DNA of 64,000 nt from contig CAVVMJ010000004.1 in NCBI GenBank assembly GCA_963749445.1, positions 16,483-80,482 on the forward strand, read 5' to 3'. The notes beneath the pieces were generated by a model. That model was not told the DNA's origin. It searched no databases and was given only the letters and a program-made list of their open reading frames with translations. Made by a program: the position numbers and the translations under genes. The stretch's first letter is position 1. Every line of letters begins with the position of its first letter. Below are positions 57,475 through 64,000 of the stretch, piece after piece. Source of the DNA: an uncultured bacterium. Its GTDB lineage: Bacteria > Patescibacteriota > Doudnabacteria > UBA920.

Positions 57475-58251
57475 CTAATCTCGGGCAACAGTTAGGCACC
57501 AGACGGAGGAGGCGCCGTTGCGCTTGAGGACTTGGGCGGCTTCAAGGAGGGTGGCGCCGGTGGTGGTGACATCGTCGATTAATATCAGATTTTTATTTTT
57601 TATCGTCAAGGCATCTCCAACCACCCCGTCCGCCTGCGGCGGCCACCCCTCCTTAAAAAGGAGGGGAGTTGGGGACAGCGCAAAGGCGTCGCGGACGTTT
57701 GTTAGGCGCTGTTCGCGCTTTAGGTCTTTTTGGGTTTTGGTGGATTTGATTCTTATCAGCGCGTCCATAACCGGCAAATTTAATTCTTTGCCCATTGCCC
57801 GGCATAAAATTTCGGATTGGTTAAACCCGCGCCAGCGCAGGCGTCTGGGGTGCAAAGGCAGGGGGACTAGCAGGTAGTTGGTAGTAAGTAGGGGGTAGCC
57901 AACCTTAATTTGATCGGCTAAAAATTTTCCCAGTTCCTCGTAAATGCCCGGCAAAAAACTGTATTTGCCTTTGATTAAAATGTTGGCGACGGATTCGTCG
58001 TGGTAATTTAAAATGGATATTAACCTGTCGGCGCAATGGGGCGTCAGGCATCCCGGATGGGTAAAGCCGCCAAGGGACTGTTTTTGGCAGACAATGCAGT
58101 GCTGGAATTCCAATCTTGATAATTCCGATAAACATCTAGGACACACAAAGTTCCTCTCCGCCCCGCACCGCAGGCATTGGATAGGGAACAGGGTATCCAA
58201 TACAAAAGTTCTGGCGTCAATAAGGAAAGGTTTTATTAAAGTTCGATACAT
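57475..58251 (-). CDS. comFC: ComF/GntX-family protein (N-terminal zinc-finger plus phosphoribosyltransferase domain) with an in-frame family-1 palindromic insertion
   Basis: CLRCGAERNFVCPRCL...CIVCQKQSL...HPGCL zinc motifs. PRTase LILIDDVTTTGATLLEAAQVLKRNGA. The insert at 57617-57674 encodes EGWPPQADGVVGD. Confidence 0.7.
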   Translation of the reverse strand: MYRTLIKPFLIDARTFVLDTLFPIQCLRCGAERNFVCPRCLSELSRLEFQHCIVCQKQSLGGFTHPGCLTPHCADRLISILNYHDESVANILIKGKYSFLPGIYEELGKFLADQIKVGYPLLTTNYLLVPLPLHPRRLRWRGFNQSEILCRAMGKELNLPVMDALIRIKSTKTQKDLKREQRLTNVRDAFALSPTPLLFKEGWPPQADGVVGDALTIKNKNLILIDDVTTTGATLLEAAQVLKRNGASSVWCLTVARD

Positions 58252-58267
58252 ACTTTTGTCAGGGGCT

Positions 58268-59029
58268 TTAAAATCCTAGCTTAGAACGAAATTCTGACCC
58301 TCCGAGTATAAAACCAGCCGCGATATTGACGATCTGAGAGGTTTCATTTGGAGCTTTAGAAATTAAAAAGCAGATAAGCCCCAACGCAAGACAAAATTTT
58401 GTGAGCTCGATGCCTTTATTTATCAGATGTTTTTCAGTATTATGTTCTGCATTTTCGCCGCTTTCTATTACCAAAGAATCCAGTACTGCTTTAATTTTTT
58501 TTGATTCCCCAAAACTAATATCCATAGGAACCTCAAGTATGAATTTAAAGTCCGGCCTAAGAGCCAAAACAAGCCTATGGGCGTTACTGTTATTAGTTGT
58601 ATAAGTTTCAGTCATCTCGTTGCTATTTTGTATATTTTTAGCGGGTTGATTTGAATCGGAATTTTTTTTAGACGAAGCCTTTATTTTTGGAGTCCAATTA
58701 ACCATTTTAGTGGGGTCAACCCCGTATTTTTCGTAATCTTTAATTACTTTTAGGATCCGATTCCTATAAGTAGCCAATGAGGCAACGCTAAAGCGATCAC
58801 TATTTTTTGTACAAACGCTCCTGTAGATTTGTTCAAAGTTAGCTTTGAAGCTTTCTAAAGAATTTCGCTCATCATCATTGATTTCAGTTTCAAATAGCTT
58901 TAAAGCTGACTTTAAAGCTCCTCCCGTATTTTGAGGATATTTTCTACTTCTGATGGCCCTATCTATAAATTGATAAAGGTCAGTAAACTTTTCCATAAAA
59001 CTCCTTTTTATTAATAGTTTTGGTTTCAT
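58268..59029 (-). CDS. Hypothetical protein with a C-terminal TM helix, in an AT-rich (foreign-looking) segment next to the TA pair
   Basis: 253-aa ORF with no family match and GC clearly below the flanks. Confidence 0.35.
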   Translation of the reverse strand: MKPKLLIKRSFMEKFTDLYQFIDRAIRSRKYPQNTGGALKSALKLFETEINDDERNSLESFKANFEQIYRSVCTKNSDRFSVASLATYRNRILKVIKDYEKYGVDPTKMVNWTPKIKASSKKNSDSNQPAKNIQNSNEMTETYTTNNSNAHRLVLALRPDFKFILEVPMDISFGESKKIKAVLDSLVIESGENAEHNTEKHLINKGIELTKFCLALGLICFLISKAPNETSQIVNIAAGFILGGSEFRSKLGF

Positions 59030-59157
59030 TATAGCGCGTTAAAAAACTCTGTCAAGTCTTATTAGGATAAGAAAAGCACTCAATTGAAAATCCCCTTTTA
59101 AACAAAAGGGGATTTTCAATTACTATCTTATCCAATATGAATTTATCTATATAAATT

Positions 59158-61740
59158 TTAAGCCATCACCGGCAACTTTTCCTGCTGGTGAAGGGTGAAG
59201 ACGATTTTGTCGGATTTCGGCTCGGATTTGGAGCGGGACGGGTCTTTTTTGACGTCCGCGCTAATTAGGCCGCCTTGCAAAGATTTGCCGGAGATGATTT
59301 TTTCGGCCAGCGGGTCTTCCAAAAGTTCCTGGATGTTCTTGCGCACAAAGCGCGCGCCCTGGGCCGGGTCAAAACTCTTATCAGAAATAAATTTTATGAC
59401 GGCGGGGCTAATTTTGAGCTGGACGTTTTGTTCCAGCAGGCGGCTTTGCAAATTCGCGACCTGCAGCTGGGTTATTTTTTTTAGCTGGGTAAGACCCAAT
59501 GGCCTAAAAACAATAATTTTGTCTATGCGGTTTAAAAATTCCGGACGGAAATCTTGTTTTAGGTTTTCCATTACCCCGTCTTTAATCCGTTCGTAATTCG
59601 CTTCCAGTTTTTCCTGCTCGGTTTGCGAGCCGTTATCCCGTTCGGCAAAACCGATTTTAACCGCAGCCGAGGTGAGCTCCTGCATCCCAAGATTGGAAGT
59701 CATAATCATCACCGTGTTGCGGAAATTGACTTTTTTACCCTCCGCGTCGGTCAACTGGCCATCTTCCAAAATTTGCAGTAAAATATTGAACACGTCGGGA
59801 TTGGCTTTTTCAATTTCATCAAACAAGACCACGCAGTAAGGTTTGCGTCGTACGGCTTCGGTCAGGCGGCCGCCTTCGCCGTAGCCCACGTAGCCGGCCG
59901 GCGCGCCTATAAGCCGGGAGACGTTGTGGCGCTCCATAAATTCGCTCATATCCACGCGCACCAGCGCTTCCTCGTCCTCAAAAACTTCGCTGGCCAAAAC
60001 TTTGGCGGTTTCGGTTTTGCCCACGCCGGTTGGGCCTAAAAATATAAACGAGCCCAACGGCCGGTTGGGGTTGGCAATGCCGGCGCGCGAGCGCCTTATG
60101 GATTTGGCGATTTCCTTCAACGGCTTCGTCCTGGCCGATAATTTTGGCTTTTAAGATTTTTTCCAAATTGGCCAGGCGCGACATTTCGGTTTTGGCCAGA
60201 CTGGGACAAAGGGATTTTGGTCATCATGGACACGGTGTGGGCAATGTCCTCGCTGCCGATAATGTGTTTGGGGCTTTGTTGTTCCTGCGCTAAGCCTTGC
60301 GACAGCTCGGTTTTTTGCCGCAGCAGTTTTTCTTCCTGGGTGCGCAAATGCAGGGCTGTGGTAAAATCCTGGCCCAGCACGGCTTTGGTTTTTTCCTCTT
60401 CCAGTGCCGCCAAGTCGGCTTCAATTTTTTTGGTGGCGCGCAAGAAGTTTGGAATTGGAATTGATGCTGCGCAAAAACGCGGCGGTTTCGTCAATTAAGT
60501 CCACGGCTTTGTCCGGCAAAAACCGGTCCTGAATGTAGCGGTCGGACAGTTCCACCGCGGCTTTGACGGCTTCGTCGGTAATGGTGACGTTGTGGTGTTT
60601 TTCGTAATTGCTTTTAATTCCGTTTAAAATTTCTATGGATTCTTCCTTGCTGGGTTCGTCCACCAAAATCGGCTGGAAGCGGCGCTCCAATGCCGCGTCT
60701 TTTTCAATGTGCTCTTTGTATTCCTTAAGCGTGGTGGCGCCAATCGCGCGCAGTTCGCCGCGGGCCAGCGCGGGTTTTAAAATATTGGCCGCGTCCAAGG
60801 AGCCCGTGGTGGCGCCGGCGCCGACCATGGTGTGGAGTTCGTCTATGAATAAAATGATGTTTTTGTCGTTTTTAACCTCATCTATAATTTGTTTGAGGCG
60901 GTTTTCAAATTCGCCGCGGAACATTGAGCCGGCTACAATCAAGGCCAAATCCAAATTTAAAATGCGTTTGTCCAGCAAAGAGTCGGGGACTTCGCGTTTG
61001 GCAATGGACAGGGCCAGGCCTTCCACGATGGCGGTTTTGCCTACGCCGGCCTCGCCTATAAGTATGGGATTGTTTTTGGTGCGGCGGTTTAAGATGCTTA
61101 CCAGCCGTTCAATTTCGTGCTTGCGGCCGATTACCGGATCCACCAAACCGTCTTTGGCTTTTTTGGTTAAGTCCGTGGTGAAGTATTCAAGCAGCCCGGC
61201 TTTTTTGCCGTCCAGCCGCGGCATGGCTTGCGGCGGCATGTCGTGCGGCGAAAATCCCGGCTCACCGGCCGGCACTTCGGGGAATTTGGATATATTGTCA
61301 AACACGCCGGACAAATTTTGTTCCAGCTCCTGAATGTCCACGCCGAGTTTGTTTAAAATGACCTTGGCTTTGCTTTGGGGCACCGCCAGAATGCCGTGCA
61401 AAAAATGTTCGGTGCCGATGAATTGGTAGCCGTACTGGCTGGCCACCATGGCCGATTTTTCAATCACGGATTTTAAATTTTCCGAAAGAATGGGTTTCCA
61501 GACCGCCGCGGTGTTGTTGGTGTTGACCAAAATCAACTCCTGTTTTATTATTTCCGGCGTGAGCTTGGTCTTGGTTAAAATTTCCGCCGCAAAAGAGCTC
61601 TTTTCGGAAATGACGCCGTACAAAAGATGCTCGGTGCCAATGTGGTCGTGCTTAAGTTCCTCGCTGACCAATTGCGCCATAATCAGCGCGTTTTTGGCGC
61701 GGCTGGACAGGCGCTCTAAAATGTAAGTAAAATTCGTCAT
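59158..61740 (-). CDS. clpB: ClpB/ClpC-type AAA+ chaperone (Clp_N, D1 and D2 AAA+ modules plus a coiled-coil middle region), read in three frames
   Basis: Clp_N repeats ([13 protein letters not shown] / [12 protein letters not shown]), D1 Walker [17 protein letters not shown]2 Walker [16 protein letters not shown], sensor [15 protein letters not shown]. Frameshifts near 60120 and 60460. Confidence 0.8.
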
Positions 61741-61827
61741 AATCTTGTACTTTATTATACGAGTTCAAAAGATAATTTGTTTCCGGATTTGTGCTAATAT
61801 TATAACAGGAATATCCATTGTAGCATA

Positions 61828-61857
61828 ATTATCACTCTTGTCAAGAGACTGCTAGCT
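61828..61857. promoter_or_regulatory. CIRCE-like inverted repeat in the clpB/recX divergent intergenic region
   Basis: AATTATCACTCTTGTCAAGAGACTGCTAGC versus the CIRCE consensus TTAGCACTC-N9-GAGTGCTAA (about 4 mismatches). Confidence 0.25.
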
Positions 61858-61860
61858 TTA

Positions 61861-61938
61861 CTAACTACTAATCTTTACGAATATACTAATGCGCGGCATC
61901 AGGATTAGTATATTAGTAGCGATTCGTAGTTAGTAAAG
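61861..61938. repeat. Hairpin built from ACTAAT/TACGAAT units upstream of recX, related in composition to the TIRs of the GxxExxY cassette
   Basis: CTAACTACTAATCTTTACGAATATACTAATGCG / GATTAGTATATTAGTAGCGATTCGTAGTTAGTAAAG. Confidence 0.45.
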
Positions 61939-61950
61939 ACAGTAAAATAA

Positions 61951-62478
61951 ATGTTTAAAAAATTTTCTAAAACTAGAGAGCCAGAAAATTTAGAAAAGGC
62001 CTACGAGTACGCCGTGTTTTTGCTGTCTTTGCAATTGCGAACGGCCGGCGAAATCCGCGAAAAAATGCAGCGGCGGGGATATTCATCGGCCGTGATAGAA
62101 AAGACAATTGATCAGTTGCATGACCAAAAATATCTGGATGACGAAAGATATGCGGTGGTTTTTTTAGACAATTTAAAGCAATACAAAAATTTGGGGTATT
62201 ACGGCATAAAGAAAAAATTTATGCTTAAAAAATTGCCGATGTCGCTCATCGAGAAAGTCCTTGATGAAGGCCTGTCCAAAGAAGAAGAATTAAAAATTGC
62301 CAAAAGATTTTTGAAAAAAGAAGGAGTTGCCGTTAAATCTTCATCAGCTGATGAAGAAACGTCGGCCGTCACTTACAGTACATTTGATGAGGCCCAAAGC
62401 AAACAAAAGCAAAAAATATTCGCCAAACTAAAAAGCCGCGGTTTCCGCGGCGAGGTGATCGCGAAAATGATGTTTTGA
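61951..62478 (+). CDS. recX: Regulatory protein RecX
   Basis: Three-helix-repeat architecture: AYEYAVFLLSLQLRTAGEIREKMQRRGYSSAVIEKTIDQL...DDERYAVVFLDNL. Confidence 0.7.
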   Translation: MFKKFSKTREPENLEKAYEYAVFLLSLQLRTAGEIREKMQRRGYSSAVIEKTIDQLHDQKYLDDERYAVVFLDNLKQYKNLGYYGIKKKFMLKKLPMSLIEKVLDEGLSKEEELKIAKRFLKKEGVAVKSSSADEETSAVTYSTFDEAQSKQKQKIFAKLKSRGFRGEVIAKMMF

Positions 62479-62487
62479 TATTCGTTT

Positions 62488-62514
62488 TGTAGGGGAGGAT
62501 ATTATCCTCCCCTA
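62488..62514. repeat. REP-type hairpin with GTAG head, GTAGGGGAGGATATTATCCTCCCCTAC, immediately flanking the RAYT gene
   Basis: A perfect stem with the conserved 5' GTAG tetranucleotide typical of REP sequences. A sister copy GTAGGGGCGGATATTATCCGCCCCTAC lies at 62724-62752, inside the RAYT ORF. Confidence 0.65.
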
Positions 62515-62516
62515 CA

Positions 62517-63008
62517 TCAAGGGAAATTTTTTGGATTTTCCTTATCCAATTCCCATTGTTTCGGGTTGTTGCCGATATATTCACGAATGCGATTTAAATC
62601 GGCATCGTCGCGTATGACGTGGTCGTAAAAAGATTTTTGCCAGGAGAAATTGGGTAGACCGATTAATCTTAAATTTTTCGATGCCGCCTGTTTAAAATAT
62701 CCGATGATTTTGGGCAGGCCTCTGTAGGGGCGGATATTATCCGCCCCTACGGGGACAATAATGATAATTCCATGAACATGGTTGGGCATAATCTGAAAAA
62801 TGTCCAATGATGTATTTTGGTAATGTTCGGGGATTTGCTTCCAAAATTTTTCAATTGTTTTTCCATGCCCATTCAAAACCATTTCTCCGCCCACAATCTC
62901 GCCAAAACAGCAAATCCTATCCTGCACGCAAACCGTCACAAAATAATAACCGGCCCGGGAATAATCAAATTCCTTTAGCCGGTTATGTTTTCTTAACGAA
63001 AACAACAT
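62517..63008 (-). CDS. REP-associated tyrosine transposase (RAYT, IS200/IS605-like HUH Y1 transposase)
   Basis: YYFVTVCVQDR, HUH motif MPNHVHGII, catalytic Tyr context SWQKSFYDHVIRDDADL. The in-frame REP hairpin encodes VPVGADNIRPYRG. Confidence 0.75.
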   Translation of the reverse strand: MLFSLRKHNRLKEFDYSRAGYYFVTVCVQDRICCFGEIVGGEMVLNGHGKTIEKFWKQIPEHYQNTSLDIFQIMPNHVHGIIIIVPVGADNIRPYRGLPKIIGYFKQAASKNLRLIGLPNFSWQKSFYDHVIRDDADLNRIREYIGNNPKQWELDKENPKNFP

Positions 63009-63012
63009 AAAA

Positions 63013-63951
63013 TTACAAGTTCATCGTCCTTAATCGTTTAATCCTATCCCCAATCGGCGGGTGCGTATTAAATAAACCCGCAAACCAGCTGCGGCCGCCG
63101 TGCGGGTTTTCGGGATGGGAGGATGTGGATTCGTCCCTGTCTTCGTGGAACGGGTTGACGATATACAAGTGCGCAGTGGCGTTGTTGGCTTCGACCAGGG
63201 GAGTGGAATCATCCGATATTTTTTCCAAGGCGCTGGCTAGGCCTTCGGGATAGCGGGTCAGCAGCGCGCCGGAGGCATCGGCCAAGTATTCGCGCTGGCG
63301 GGAGACCGCCAGTTTTATCAGGGTGGCGATGAGAGGGGAGAGGATTGCCAATAAAATGCCGATGCAAAATAAAATTAAACCTAAGTTACCATCATTTTTG
63401 TTACTTCTGCGTCCGCCGAAAAAAGAAAAACGCAAAAACCAATTGGACATTAGGGCAATCATTCCCACCAAAACCACAACCAAAGTCATCAACCTAATAT
63501 CATAATTTCCAATGTGCGAAAGCTCGTGCGCGGTAACACCTTCCAGTTCGGTCTTGTTCAGCTTTTGCAAAATGCCCGTGGTAAAGCAAATTACCGCGTG
63601 CTTTGGGTCGCGGCCCGTGGCAAAGGCGTTGGGCGCGTTGTCGTTTATAATATAAATTTTTGGCGTGGGAATGCCCGCGGCAATGCAAAGATTTTCCACT
63701 ATATTATAGAGTTGCTGATTTGTGGCGCGGTCCACGGCTTGGGCTTTGGAAACCGCCAGGGTGATGGAGTCCGCGAAGTAATAAGAGAACAGCGCCGAAC
63801 CTACGCTAAAAATTACGGCGATATATAAAATCGCGTCATTTTGGTAAACTTGGGCGAATACCCAACCCAGCGCCGAAATCACGACCAAAAAGCTGAATAT
63901 CAATATCCAGCTTTCGCGTTTGTTTTTGTTGATGAGGTCATATGTAAGCAT
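63013..63951 (-). CDS. htpX: HtpX-family M48 zinc metalloprotease
   Basis: TM helices, HEXXH motif AHELSHIGNYD and downstream Glu. Probable start at MLTYDL. Confidence 0.8.
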   Translation of the reverse strand: MLTYDLINKNKRESWILIFSFLVVISALGWVFAQVYQNDAILYIAVIFSVGSALFSYYFADSITLAVSKAQAVDRATNQQLYNIVENLCIAAGIPTPKIYIINDNAPNAFATGRDPKHAVICFTTGILQKLNKTELEGVTAHELSHIGNYDIRLMTLVVVLVGMIALMSNWFLRFSFFGGRRSNKNDGNLGLILFCIGILLAILSPLIATLIKLAVSRQREYLADASGALLTRYPEGLASALEKISDDSTPLVEANNATAHLYIVNPFHEDRDESTSSHPENPHGGRSWFAGLFNTHPPIGDRIKRLRTMNL

Positions 63952-64000
63952 ATGAGATTTTCTTGTCCACAGATTCACTGATTCCACTGATACACAGTTT

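Overview
This 64-kb window looks like a bacterial chromosome, possibly from an uncultivated Patescibacteria/CPR-like lineage; that taxon is a low-confidence guess. GC content is moderate, with two GC-rich islands and several AT-rich islands.

Recognisable genes include argS, ileS, a uvrD/pcrA-like helicase, rsmA/ksgA, recO, recG, radA, recX, clpB, smpB, alanine racemase, an HtrA protease, htpX, a cold-shock protein, two ECF sigma / anti-sigma pairs and comFC. RNA genes are a tmRNA (ssrA) and three tRNAs: Arg-CCG, Ser-TGA and Ser-GCT, the last with an adjacent 5'-half pseudo-copy.

Three things stand out:
1. A roughly 20-kb cluster (27.0-47.4 kb) resembles a monoderm type-IV-secretion system. 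It has a PrgI/VirB3-like protein, a VirB4 ATPase, a giant VirB6/TrbL-like polytopic membrane protein, several novel secreted proteins and a PaaX-like regulator bracketed by two 38-bp palindromes. VirB4 is split by a 463-bp mobile cassette that carries a PD-(D/E)XK 'GxxExxY' nuclease gene between ~45-bp terminal inverted repeats.
2. There is an unusually heavy load of palindromic repeats. I see at least seven families, including a ~100-bp MITE (TIR TTGATGGGCATCTTC, five full copies plus two solo ends) and GTAG-type REP hairpins next to a REP-associated tyrosine transposase (RAYT).
3. Modular GC-rich palindromic elements are inserted in frame into housekeeping genes: argS, ileS, rsmA, recG, uvrD (three times), comF, alr, a DUF192 gene and the RAYT gene itself. 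This is analogous to the Rickettsia palindromic elements.

Mobile and foreign DNA also includes an IS1595-family transposase next to a GC-rich DksA/TraR gene, a GC-rich Crp/Fnr gene, a RelE/ParE-RHH toxin-antitoxin pair and a PLD-family Nuc-like nuclease bracketed by two MITE copies.

Many genes (ileS, virB4, clpB, alr, a sigma factor and others) show +/-1 frameshifts. The ones I traced fall in homopolymer runs, so they are probably assembly indel errors rather than real pseudogenes.
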